A stretch of 64,000 bases of DNA from Bdellovibrio sp. (GTDB taxonomy: Bacteria > Bdellovibrionota > Bdellovibrionia > Bdellovibrionales > Bdellovibrionaceae): positions 128,001-192,000 of the forward strand of contig JAKFCY010000003.1 of the NCBI GenBank assembly GCA_036676395.1, in the 5' to 3' direction. Every line of letters begins with the position of its first letter. The first letter of the stretch is position 1. Under the pieces are notes generated by a model. It was not told the origin of the DNA, made no database searches, and saw nothing but the letters and a program-made list of their open reading frames with translations. A program made the position numbers and the translations under genes. This document shows positions 20,478 through 29,998 of this stretch, in pieces.

Positions 20478-21689
20478 CTATTTTAAGCGATATTCAAGAC
20501 GAATATCAGTGCTTTCAGATTTTAAAAGTTTAACAACCTGAGTTTTGCTAAATGGACCATCAATGTCTAATCCATAACAATCTATTTTTAAACCTTCAGC
20601 AGTTACAAGCACCATCATTTTTTGCTCGAAACCACGAGTGTCAGTCACTAGTGCTTTACGACCAGAATAATCAATAGCGTTATCAGTGCGGTTTTCAACT
20701 ACGCAGTTACCTAATGATACAAACGATTGTGCTTCAAAACGCTGTTGAGCAAAATGGCTTAAATCGACATAAAGATCTGCATTCGGAAAAATCAAAGTCG
20801 TTTTATTTTGAACATACTCATAAAAATAAGTGCGTGCTGTTTTACAGCGGCTAGCGATTGAATCTTTAGTGTATTCACGCTTAATCACAGAACCATCATC
20901 TTGCTTGATGTTCTTTTCACAAGGAGTGTCTTGATGGTATTTCATTAAACTCTCACAAGACTTAACCGCCAAAGCAGAATTAGTAATAGATGCATCGTCG
21001 TATTTCCAGCCTGCTTGCGATCCAAGCTTAGCAATAGATTTATTAGCGCGATCTAAAGAAGCTGACCATTCAGTTAATTTTGAAAATTCGTTCTGTGAAC
21101 AAACGGCAAATACGCCCGGACCATTATTATCAATCACCGGAGGCAGCGATGGATCTACCGGTAGTGGTGTTGGATCTATAGGAGTCGGCGTATTATCAAT
21201 TGAATCATCCGGGCGTAAGTTGAATTTTGTTAAGTAACCATCAACTTTACCGCAATCACGATGAATAGTGTAAGCGTCGTAAACTTTAACTTGAGTGCTT
21301 ACGATGGTAGTTTTAGTTTTTTTGCACGGTTCAATTTTGTGGTAGGCAAAACGACTGTCGCAAGCATTGATGGCTTTTAGACTTGCATCAACGGCTTGAG
21401 CTTGTTGTTTACCTTTAGCGGCGTCGATTAAACCGTTAGCTTTATCAACAGCATTGCGCCAAGAAACTAATTGCGCAAATTCGTTATTAGTACATTCACG
21501 CACTTGTTCAGGCTTTAAGGGCTCTAAAACCGTTGTGTCATCGGGATTATTGCCATTGTTTGGAGTAACTGGAGCTGCTAAATCAGTTCCTGAATTTCCG
21601 CCTGAATCTGCACAGCCTGTGGCTGCTAACATGTAAGCGGCACAAAAGATCACCATCATTGTAAACACAGCTTTTGAAAGCTTTTTCAT
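20478..21689 (-). CDS. Hypothetical lipoprotein with two internal Cys-patterned repeats
   Basis: ATGC lipobox-like, GGGGGA RBS, duplicated domain. Confidence 0.82.
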   Translation of the reverse strand: MKKLSKAVFTMMVIFCAAYMLAATGCADSGGNSGTDLAAPVTPNNGNNPDDTTVLEPLKPEQVRECTNNEFAQLVSWRNAVDKANGLIDAAKGKQQAQAVDASLKAINACDSRFAYHKIEPCKKTKTTIVSTQVKVYDAYTIHRDCGKVDGYLTKFNLRPDDSIDNTPTPIDPTPLPVDPSLPPVIDNNGPGVFAVCSQNEFSKLTEWSASLDRANKSIAKLGSQAGWKYDDASITNSALAVKSCESLMKYHQDTPCEKNIKQDDGSVIKREYTKDSIASRCKTARTYFYEYVQNKTTLIFPNADLYVDLSHFAQQRFEAQSFVSLGNCVVENRTDNAIDYSGRKALVTDTRGFEQKMMVLVTAEGLKIDCYGLDIDGPFSKTQVVKLLKSESTDIRLEYRLK

Positions 21690-21852
21690 ATATCCCCCAT
21701 ACGAGAAAAATTACGCTTTTAAACGACAGGTTTTAGTAGCACAAACCTATAGCTAAGAGACCCTATCTTTAGGGCTCTGGTAAAACTTACCCAGGGTGAC
21801 AATTTTGGAGTGTTTTATTCACTTTTGGCCCTATTTAAATTACATACTAGGG

Positions 21853-22779
21853 ATGATCAAAAACCGTTTGGAAAAAAACTTTAAAAAATTAAAGCCATGG
21901 GCTGATAAAAACAAAATCGAAGCTTACCGACTTTACGATAAAGATATTCCTGAATTTCCGTTTTTGGTCGATATCTACAAAGACTACTGTGTTATCTACG
22001 ACAAGACTGAATTGATCGACGAAGGCAAAAATAAAGATGCCGAAGTTGTTGCTGCGGCTCAAGAAGTTTTGAATTTTCCAGTTGAAAAAATCATTTTAAA
22101 AAAACGTGAAAGACAAAAGGGCGTAAGCCAATATCAAAAGCTTGAAGCCTCAAACCGTCGTTTTGCAGTTTTAGAAAATGGTGTTCCAGTTTTAGTAAAT
22201 CTTTGGGATTATTTAGATACGGGATTATTTATCGACCACCGTCCAATGCGCTATTTTTTCTTAAAAAATTCTAAAGAAAAAAAACTTTTAAATCTTTTTT
22301 CTTACACTTGTGTTGTGTCGTTAATGGCTGCGCGCGGTGGCGCTAAAACTGTCAGTGTTGATATGTCGAAAAATTATCTTAACTGGGGTAAAGATAATTT
22401 TGAATTAAACAATATCGACCTTAACGATCACCGTTTTATCGAGCAAAACGCCTTGGAATTTTTGAAAACTGCCTGTGAATGGCCAGATTATGAGCATTCA
22501 TTTGATATGGTGTTTTTAGATCCTCCGACATTCTCGAATTCAAAGGATATGGCGACAGATTTCGAGGTTGAAGAAGATCAAAAATTTATTATCGAACAAT
22601 CGATGAAATTTTTGAAGCCGAATGGCGTTTTGTATTTCTCGACGAATAAGCGCAAGTTTAAGCTAGATCCAGCTCTAGAAACTGCTTTTAATATCAAAAA
22701 TACGACTGAAAAAACGATTCCTCAAGATTGCTTCGACCAAAAAATTCATCATTCTTTTGAGATCAGACAGAAAATCTAA
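21853..22779 (+). CDS. Stand-alone RlmK-like 23S rRNA methyltransferase
   Basis: NRLEKN, AYRLYDKDIPE, DYLDTGLFIDHR, LNLFSYT, DPPTFSNSK match the C-terminal half of RlmKL; ATG 21853. Confidence 0.85.
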   Translation: MIKNRLEKNFKKLKPWADKNKIEAYRLYDKDIPEFPFLVDIYKDYCVIYDKTELIDEGKNKDAEVVAAAQEVLNFPVEKIILKKRERQKGVSQYQKLEASNRRFAVLENGVPVLVNLWDYLDTGLFIDHRPMRYFFLKNSKEKKLLNLFSYTCVVSLMAARGGAKTVSVDMSKNYLNWGKDNFELNNIDLNDHRFIEQNALEFLKTACEWPDYEHSFDMVFLDPPTFSNSKDMATDFEVEEDQKFIIEQSMKFLKPNGVLYFSTNKRKFKLDPALETAFNIKNTTEKTIPQDCFDQKIHHSFEIRQKI

Positions 22780-22786
22780 AAAAGGC

Positions 22787-22815
22787 TTGCCCTTACCCCC
22801 CCTAGGCCTTAGTTT
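22787..22815 (+). promoter_or_regulatory. Sigma-70 promoter candidate
   Basis: TTGCCC-N17-TAGTTT upstream of speD-speE. Confidence 0.5.
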
Positions 22816-22854
22816 CAAAACCTAAATTTAACCCTGTTCAAAGGATCGTAAGGT

Positions 22855-24153
22855 ATGAAAGCTTTAGGAAGTCATATTTTAGTTGAGTTCACCAACTGCA
22901 AAGCAAACGTTTTGAATGACGTTGGTGCCATCGAAGCCGCAATGGTTAAAGCCGCACAGACTGCGGGTGCTACCGTCATCAACTCTACATTTCACCATTT
23001 TTCTCCCTACGGCGTATCTGGTGTTGTTGTCATTCAAGAATCACATTTAGCAATTCACACTTGGCCTGAATACAACTACGCAGCTGTTGATTTATTCACG
23101 TGCGGTGGTTCTGTTGATCCTTGGGTGTCTTTTGAATTTTTAAGAAATGCTTTTGGCGCAAACTATTCAGCTTTAGAAATGAACCGCGGTTCTACACAAG
23201 TTATTAAAAAAGGCGAAACATTACAAGTTAAGCCAAATGATGCTGAAAACTATGATCCATCAAAAGGTTACAAAATCAGCCGTAACGTTTGGTTCACTGA
23301 TAAAGATGAAAACCAAGCTTTATCACTTCGCTACACGGGCGATATTTTATTTGACGAACAATCTCCATTTCAACGCGTTCGTATTTTAGATTCGTGCTCT
23401 TACGGCAAAATGTTAGCGATCGACGACATGGTGATGTGCACTGAGCGTGATGAATACCACTATCACGAAATGATTGCTCACCCTGCGGCGCAAGCTTTTC
23501 AATCTGTAGCTGGTCCATTGAAGAATGTTCTAGTTATCGGTGGCGGCGATGGCGGAACAATCCGTGAATTATTCAAATACACTTCGATCGACAAAATCAC
23601 GATGGTTGAAATCGATGAAGCTGTAGTTCGTGCTTCTAAACTTCACTTACCAAATATCGCTTCTGAATTTAACAACCCGAAATTAAACTTAATCATCGGC
23701 GATGGTATTAAACACGCTGCTGAAGCAAAACCAGAAAGCTATGATTTAATCGTAGTTGATGGTTCTGACCCTGCAGGTCCGGCTGAAGGCTTATTCACTA
23801 AAGAATTCTACACAAACTGCATGAAGGCGTTAAAACCAAATGGCGTATTAGTGACACAAGGTGAATCACCAATGTTTCACTCAGACACTTTTGTTGAACT
23901 TAATAAGTGCTTAAAAACTGTGTTTGGCCAAAACCAAGTTCACACAATGTTATTCCATGCGACAACATACCCATCTGGGATGTGGAGCTTACAAATGGCG
24001 ATCAAGGGTCAATATCACCCTGTAAAGGATTTTAAAGCCACTCAAGCCGCGCAATTTGTGAATTCACAACAACTTAAGTACTACAACGAAGATCTACATA
24101 GTGCGGCGTTTACACTGCCTACGTTTGTTCGTAACATGCTTAAAGGAGAATAA
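22855..24153 (+). CDS. speD-speE: Fused S-adenosylmethionine decarboxylase / spermidine synthase
   Basis: N-terminal [11 protein letters not shown] and DLFTCG; C-terminal [24 protein letters not shown]. Confidence 0.93.
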   Translation: MKALGSHILVEFTNCKANVLNDVGAIEAAMVKAAQTAGATVINSTFHHFSPYGVSGVVVIQESHLAIHTWPEYNYAAVDLFTCGGSVDPWVSFEFLRNAFGANYSALEMNRGSTQVIKKGETLQVKPNDAENYDPSKGYKISRNVWFTDKDENQALSLRYTGDILFDEQSPFQRVRILDSCSYGKMLAIDDMVMCTERDEYHYHEMIAHPAAQAFQSVAGPLKNVLVIGGGDGGTIRELFKYTSIDKITMVEIDEAVVRASKLHLPNIASEFNNPKLNLIIGDGIKHAAEAKPESYDLIVVDGSDPAGPAEGLFTKEFYTNCMKALKPNGVLVTQGESPMFHSDTFVELNKCLKTVFGQNQVHTMLFHATTYPSGMWSLQMAIKGQYHPVKDFKATQAAQFVNSQQLKYYNEDLHSAAFTLPTFVRNMLKGE

Positions 24154-24158
24154 TTACT

Positions 24159-24779
24159 ATGTTCAAACTACCTCAATTACCATATGCAAAAACTGGCTTA
24201 GCGCCGTTATTTAACGAAGAGCAAATGACTTATCACTATGATAAGCATCACAACGCTTACATCGTAAATTTAAATAAATTCATCGAAACTGATCCCTCTT
24301 TAAAAGGTAAATCTTTAGAAGAAATCGTTTTATCTTCATCAGGCGGCATCTTTAACAATGCAGCTCAAATCTGGAATCACACGTTTTACTGGTTCGGCAT
24401 GAGCCCTGCTGGAGCTGGCGGACAACCTTCAGCTGAGTTAACTGCACAAATCACAAAAGATTTCGGCAGTATGGATGAGCTTAAAGCTAAATTCGTAGAC
24501 GGCGGCATGAAAACTTTCGGATCTGGCTGGATCTGGTTATGTGTTGATAACGCTGGAAAACTTTCTTTAGTATCAACTTCAAATGCAGCAGTTCCGTTCA
24601 CGAACAATGGCCCTACACCGCTTTTAACAGCTGATGTTTGGGAACACGCTTACTACGTTGATTACAGAAATTTACGTCAAAAATATCTTGAGACGTTCTG
24701 GACTCACGTTAACTGGAACTTTGTTAACGAAAACTTCGCTTCTAAAAAAGTACGCGATTTAACAAAAACAATGGTTTAA
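24159..24779 (+). CDS. sodB: Fe/Mn superoxide dismutase (probably Fe)
   Basis: HYDKHH, FNNAAQIWNHTFYW, FGSGW, DVWEHAYY. Confidence 0.93.
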   Translation: MFKLPQLPYAKTGLAPLFNEEQMTYHYDKHHNAYIVNLNKFIETDPSLKGKSLEEIVLSSSGGIFNNAAQIWNHTFYWFGMSPAGAGGQPSAELTAQITKDFGSMDELKAKFVDGGMKTFGSGWIWLCVDNAGKLSLVSTSNAAVPFTNNGPTPLLTADVWEHAYYVDYRNLRQKYLETFWTHVNWNFVNENFASKKVRDLTKTMV

Positions 24780-24784
24780 TTCTT

Positions 24785-24813
24785 AAAAGGGAGATTTCGA
24801 TCTCCCTTTTTTT
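24785..24813 (+). terminator. Rho-independent terminator
   Basis: AAAAGGGAGAT-TTCG-ATCTCCCTTTTTTT. Confidence 0.9.
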
Positions 24814-24838
24814 ATGTCCGAATCTCGGATAAAAATCC

Positions 24839-24854
24839 TGGTCCTCAGGTTGCT
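24839..24854 (+). promoter_or_regulatory. Sigma-54 (-24/-12) promoter candidate
   Basis: TGGTCCTCAGGTTGCT = GG-N10-GC, 13 nt before ATG 24868. Confidence 0.6.
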
Positions 24855-24867
24855 ACAGCACCTACTT

Positions 24868-25404
24868 ATGAAATCTTTGAACCGAAAAGTTAAATTCAAT
24901 AAAGACGTAACCGAATACTTTCACCTAAATTTTGCGTTTACGATTCACCCTCTATTTCCTGAACTTGATTGGCTGATGATCAATTATCATCTAAAGCGTT
25001 TAGGCGAAATTTATAAAATTGAAATGCATGCCTTTGTGATGATGTCGTCGCATTCTCATTTGCTGTTTAAGGCTTCGCTGCAGAATGAAAATTACTTTGC
25101 TGATGCACTGTTAAATGAATTAAAAGTAAAAACCGGCGAAGCCTCACTTGTAGAACCGATTACGAATATCGCTCAGTATTTAAATTGTTATAAATATGTT
25201 TACCGTAATCCGGTCGAAGCTAGGCTTTCTGCGAAAGTTGAACAGTATCGTTTTAGTTCACTGCATGGGTTATTAGGAAAAAGTGAATTAATCACTCCCG
25301 TGATTGACCCACTTTCGATCACCCAAAATCCGATAAAAATTTTAAATTGGTTAAACAATCACTTCGAGAAAAAACTTTTCCATTTCAACTCTGTTGAAAT
25401 ATAA
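24868..25404 (+). CDS. RAYT / Y1 HUH transposase-like protein
   Basis: HAFVMMSSHSHLL (HUH), YVYRNPVEA (catalytic Tyr), YRFSS. Confidence 0.75.
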   Translation: MKSLNRKVKFNKDVTEYFHLNFAFTIHPLFPELDWLMINYHLKRLGEIYKIEMHAFVMMSSHSHLLFKASLQNENYFADALLNELKVKTGEASLVEPITNIAQYLNCYKYVYRNPVEARLSAKVEQYRFSSLHGLLGKSELITPVIDPLSITQNPIKILNWLNNHFEKKLFHFNSVEI

Positions 25405-26972
25405 TTTTTTAAGTCTTGTTTTTGTTTTTCGATAGCGTCATTAGATAAATTTAATTCTGATCTAAAAACTTCAGATACTTCATCTAAAAATTCTAAACCA
25501 TGATCTTTTTGCGCTAAAAATAATGGCGCCCGGCGCGTATAAAAATCGATCAAGTTCAAACACATCGTCGTGTTAATAGCTTGGTAGGCTTCTAACGCCC
25601 AAATACGATCGGTGTAGCCGTATTTTTCTAAGATCACTTTGTTTTCTTTACCGTAACGATCAGCTAATTGTTTTAATAACGGATTTTCTGCCGTATTCAC
25701 GGCTTCGCTATACGCATCGGGCGAAATGTAGGGATTAAGTGGTTCGTTAGTTTGGCATCGCTTTAAAGAAGCCCTAGTATCAAAAGAAAAAGATTTTAAA
25801 GCACAATCAACAATTTGTTCAGCCATTAATCTATAGGTCGTGTATTTACCACCGGCCACAAATGTAAATCCGCGATCATCTGACATGATCGTGTGTTCAC
25901 GGCTGGTTTTACCCTCTGATGATGATTCATCTTTTACTAGTGGGCGCACGCCAACATAACTTGAAATGATGTCTGAAGCCTGTAATTTAGCTCCAGGAAA
26001 ATACTGATTCGTAATATTTAATAAATATTCGACATCTTCAGGTGTAACAATGGCATCTGTTGGATTACCTTTAAAATCTGTATCTGTTGTTCCGACAATG
26101 ATCATTTCATGGCGAGGAATCGCAAATACAATACGACTTGATTCTTGCGCTGCCATAACTACGGCTGAAGAGAGTGGTAAACGATCTTTAGCAAAAGTTA
26201 AATGAATGCCTTTTGTCGGACGCAAAATTGTTTTCCAATCGTCGACAACTTTTTCTCCGACGATGTCTGTCCAAGGGCCAACAGAACAAATCACGTGTTT
26301 TGCCGAGATCTTAATTTTTTTACCGCTAATACTATCTTGAGCGAAAATGGCTTTGATTTTTCCATCAGTGCCAAATTCTGATTTTTCAGCAGATACGTAA
26401 TTTACACAAACTGCGCCGTGTTCATTGGCTGAACGTAAAGTTTCGTGAACTAAGCGATCATCATCCATATATGCATCTGAATAAATAAATGAACCTTGCA
26501 ATTCTTTGGCTTTAACGATCGGCATGCGATCCATAGTTTCATGGGCATTTAGGCGTTCGTGCATTTCTGGAGTCTGAAATAACGATAGGGCATCGTAAAG
26601 CCACATGCCTAATCCCATTTTAAACATGCCAACACGGCTATCAGAAAATAGCGGAATCATAAAACGTAAGGGATGCACTAAATGTGGTGCCATGTGAAAT
26701 AATTTAGTGCGCTCGTTTAAAGCTTCGAACACTAAATGAAATTCTTTATTTTCTAAATAACGAATACCACCGTGAATAAGTTTACTAGAACGTGATGAAG
26801 TTCCAAACGCGAAATCATTGGCTTCGATTAAGCCTACTCTTAGACCGCGGGCGGCCGCATCTCTGGCTACACCAGCTCCGGTAATACCGCCACCTAAAAT
26901 TAATAAATCAAAAGTCTCTGATTCAAGTTTTTTAAGGTTATCAATTCTGGTTTTAAAAGAAAAATCTTTCAT
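25359..26972 (-). CDS. glpD: FAD-dependent glycerol-3-phosphate dehydrogenase
   Basis: GGGITGAG, GTSSRSSKLIHGGIRYL, GTTDT, GVRPL, GGKYTTYR. Confidence 0.93.
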   Translation of the reverse strand: MKDFSFKTRIDNLKKLESETFDLLILGGGITGAGVARDAAARGLRVGLIEANDFAFGTSSRSSKLIHGGIRYLENKEFHLVFEALNERTKLFHMAPHLVHPLRFMIPLFSDSRVGMFKMGLGMWLYDALSLFQTPEMHERLNAHETMDRMPIVKAKELQGSFIYSDAYMDDDRLVHETLRSANEHGAVCVNYVSAEKSEFGTDGKIKAIFAQDSISGKKIKISAKHVICSVGPWTDIVGEKVVDDWKTILRPTKGIHLTFAKDRLPLSSAVVMAAQESSRIVFAIPRHEMIIVGTTDTDFKGNPTDAIVTPEDVEYLLNITNQYFPGAKLQASDIISSYVGVRPLVKDESSSEGKTSREHTIMSDDRGFTFVAGGKYTTYRLMAEQIVDCALKSFSFDTRASLKRCQTNEPLNPYISPDAYSEAVNTAENPLLKQLADRYGKENKVILEKYGYTDRIWALEAYQAINTTMCLNLIDFYTRRAPLFLAQKDHGLEFLDEVSEVFRSELNLSNDAIEKQKQDLKNYISTELKWKSFFSK

Positions 26973-26985
26973 TTAAGCCTTTGCT

Positions 26986-27438
26986 CTATTTAGTGGTTTT
27001 AACCCAAACACATTCATCAGACCATTTTTGAAATTTAAAAGCCGAGTTTTCAAAATGCAGGGTTTCAACTGATTTTGGCAATATCACTTGTTGTAAATGT
27101 TTATCACGTGAAAGTTTAATTGCAATTTCAACAAGCTCAGCTTCGATCTTAAAATTTTCAGCTGAAATCATCTCGACCCATAGTGTTTGCGTATGCCCTT
27201 GAAAAAATAAAAATGGCTGACCAAGAAAAAATCCATGAATTTTTTGATTTTCATCGTACGCGATAAAGCTCCAGCCCATTTTTAAGTAATGTTCTAGGGC
27301 TTCTTTGCGAAAACGTGAATTCCATACTTGCATCATCAGTTCCATATCATCAGGATACTGAAGGCGAAGTTTATCTTCAGCAAATTGATAGACTTGCGGA
27401 ACATCTGCAATTTGGGCGATGCGGTAGTTTATAGACAT
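26986..27438 (-). CDS. Hypothetical protein, possible degenerate GNAT fold
   Basis: INYRIA...D, SFIAYD...IHGF pattern; no clear acetyl-CoA motif. Confidence 0.6.
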   Translation of the reverse strand: MSINYRIAQIADVPQVYQFAEDKLRLQYPDDMELMMQVWNSRFRKEALEHYLKMGWSFIAYDENQKIHGFFLGQPFLFFQGHTQTLWVEMISAENFKIEAELVEIAIKLSRDKHLQQVILPKSVETLHFENSAFKFQKWSDECVWVKTTK

Positions 27439-27499
27439 TTGTCTATTTGAACTTAATTTTTTACTAGAGCCAAGTCCTAACCGGATGTAGCATTAGTGT

Positions 27500-28246
27500 G
27501 TGAATTACAAACCATACCCTACTGAATTTTGGACAAACATCGAAAAAACTATTCTCGAGTTAAAAAATGCGCAAAAGCCGTTAATTGCTGCCTTTGATGC
27601 TGACGGAACTCTCTGGGATACAGATCTTGGTGAAAATTTCTTTCATCATCAGATCGATCATAAGCAAGTGGCTTTACCGCCGAATCCTTTTGAGCACTAT
27701 CTTGAGATGAAAAAAATCGATAATGATCCTCGCCAAGCTTACGTGTGGCTGGCTCAAATCAATCAAGGTAAATCCGTAGAACAAGTTCGCACCTGGGCAA
27801 AAGAAGCCTTTGAATCTATTAAGCCAAATCCAATCTTTACTGAACAACAAAGATTGATCGAATTATTAAAAAATCACGGTGTGAAAATTTATATCATTAC
27901 AGCTTCGACCAAGTGGGCCGTTGAACCAGGAGCTATCGCTATCGGTTTAAGTGCAGATAATGTTATCGGTGTTGAAACAGTTATTAAAGATGGCATCATT
28001 ACCGACACCCCGGTATTACCAATCACTTACCGTATCGGAAAAGTTGAAGCCCTACTTCAGCAAACCAAACAGGCACCATTTTTAGCCAGTGGCAACACTA
28101 TGGGTGATTTTGAATTATTAGAATGCGCCACTCACCTACGTTTGGCCGTGAGTGCGGCGTCTCGTGATGATCGTTTATTTAAAACTGAACTTGAACTTGC
28201 GAATGAAGCAAAAAATAAAAACTGGATGCATCACCGCTTTATCTAA
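27500..28246 (+). CDS. HAD-superfamily hydrolase
   Basis: FDADGTLW, ITAS, GK, GNTMGD. Confidence 0.88.
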   Translation: MNYKPYPTEFWTNIEKTILELKNAQKPLIAAFDADGTLWDTDLGENFFHHQIDHKQVALPPNPFEHYLEMKKIDNDPRQAYVWLAQINQGKSVEQVRTWAKEAFESIKPNPIFTEQQRLIELLKNHGVKIYIITASTKWAVEPGAIAIGLSADNVIGVETVIKDGIITDTPVLPITYRIGKVEALLQQTKQAPFLASGNTMGDFELLECATHLRLAVSAASRDDRLFKTELELANEAKNKNWMHHRFI

Positions 28247-28255
28247 AGGATTAGA

Positions 28256-28639
28256 ATGCTAAATTTAGTAAAAAACTTATGTATTGTCTTTATCGCAGTC
28301 GCTATTGCCCTAATGCTCTATACGCGCGTGAAAAAAGAATATGCAGCTGATCAAAAACACAAACAAGATTACACCAGAGCTCTTCAGGTAAAAAAAGAAA
28401 TCATTAAATACAAAAAACCTGCAAGAGTTGAAATCGAAACGTTCACAAAACGTTACCAAAAAGATCTTGAAGATATTAAAGCTTTGAAAATTCCATTAGA
28501 TGAAAACGCTGGTCACTACATGCAGGTACAGCTATTTAGCGAAGACACAGATGAAACTTCACCATTGATATTACAAATCAAATTTAAAGATGTTAAATCT
28601 AATGCTCTCATCAAAGAAGAAAGCATTAACCTAGAATAG
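28256..28639 (+). CDS. Hypothetical membrane-anchored protein
   Basis: AAAGGA RBS, N-terminal TM helix. Confidence 0.78.
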   Translation: MLNLVKNLCIVFIAVAIALMLYTRVKKEYAADQKHKQDYTRALQVKKEIIKYKKPARVEIETFTKRYQKDLEDIKALKIPLDENAGHYMQVQLFSEDTDETSPLILQIKFKDVKSNALIKEESINLE

Positions 28640-28646
28640 GCCCAGG

Positions 28647-29987
28647 CTAGCGCGTGCTAGCCATCAATTTTTCGATCTCATCAACTTCTTTAGGTACCCC
28701 AGCTGTCATATTTTCACAGCCTTTTTCAGTGACCAGAATATTGTCTTCGATACGAATACCAATGCCACGCAATTCTTCGGGAGCCGTCATATCATTTGCC
28801 GGAATATAAAGACCTGGCTCAACCGTAAACACCATACCAGCTTCGATTGGGCGCGCTTCGCCTTTGATCATGTACATTCCAGAATCATGCACATCCATAC
28901 CTAACCAGTGGCCGATACCATGCGGATAGTACTTACGATGTTCATTAGCTTTCATGATGTCTTCTTTGCGACCACGCACTAAACTTAATTCGATCATTAG
29001 ATCAGTTAAAAGGCTTTCACCCATTGCGTGTAAATCTTTAAAATAAATTCCGGGCTTAACGTAATCAATAATCTCTTTTTGAATTTTTAAAACACCTTCA
29101 TAAACTTTTTTCTGAATTGGTGTAAAACGACCATTCACCGGAAAAGTTCTTGTGATGTCGCCAGAGTAGAAATTCATTTCACAACCAGCATCAATTAATA
29201 ATAACTCGCCATTTTCACAAACTTGGTCATTAAAGTTATAATGTAAAGTTGTCGCGTTGTTACCGCTGGCTACGATGAAGTTGTATCCTTCACGGCCTGA
29301 ATTATTTGAATAGAATGAATGCGTAAGCACGGCTTGCACTTGGCGCTCAGTCACACCTGGGCGAGTAAATTTCATCGCTTCGACATGAGCTTTCGCTGAA
29401 ATTTCGCAAGCTGCACGTTGATTGCGAAGATCCTCTTCATTTTTACGTAGGCGAAATTCACCTAAAAACGTGTCAGCATCTTTAATAGATAATAAGCCAT
29501 AACCAGAACGGCCATAGGCACGTTTTAAATTTAATAGAATATTTTGCACCTGACGATCAGCTTCTGGATTTTTAAATAAACGGTAATATAAATCTTCATA
29601 GCCCTTTAAAAGTTCTACAGATTTTTTTTCGAACTCTTCAATTGGATAAACTTCATCGATTAAGAATTCTTTTTTCGTGCCTTCTGGACCAAAACGAAAT
29701 CCATCCCATGTTTCGCGCTCAACATTTTTTTGGCGCACGAACATCACAGATTCAGGCGTTTTACCTGGGCGTAATAATAAAAAAGCTTCTGGCTCTTCAA
29801 AACCAGTTAAGTAATACATATTTGAATCTTGGCGATACGGGTAATGAACATCATCGTTTCTGACATGCTCTGGATGGGCCGCAACTAATAAGGCTGCATT
29901 ATGAAGACCCGCCATTACTTTTTGGCGACGGCGTTTAAAAATTTCTGCATTTTCGGTCGACTTGCGAGTCGCTTTGCTAATTGCCAT
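28647..29987 (-). CDS. pepP: Xaa-Pro aminopeptidase
   Basis: YRQDS.MYYLTG, LIDAG, DITRTFP, HGIGHWLGMDVHD, TVEPG, RIEDN. Confidence 0.93.
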   Translation of the reverse strand: MAISKATRKSTENAEIFKRRRQKVMAGLHNAALLVAAHPEHVRNDDVHYPYRQDSNMYYLTGFEEPEAFLLLRPGKTPESVMFVRQKNVERETWDGFRFGPEGTKKEFLIDEVYPIEEFEKKSVELLKGYEDLYYRLFKNPEADRQVQNILLNLKRAYGRSGYGLLSIKDADTFLGEFRLRKNEEDLRNQRAACEISAKAHVEAMKFTRPGVTERQVQAVLTHSFYSNNSGREGYNFIVASGNNATTLHYNFNDQVCENGELLLIDAGCEMNFYSGDITRTFPVNGRFTPIQKKVYEGVLKIQKEIIDYVKPGIYFKDLHAMGESLLTDLMIELSLVRGRKEDIMKANEHRKYYPHGIGHWLGMDVHDSGMYMIKGEARPIEAGMVFTVEPGLYIPANDMTAPEELRGIGIRIEDNILVTEKGCENMTAGVPKEVDEIEKLMASTR

Positions 29988-29998
29988 ATACTATATCC

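Noticed and set aside
24785..24813. GGAG-starting hairpin beside the RAYT-like gene as a REP
   Set aside because: Single copy with A/T tails directly after sodB; better explained as a terminator
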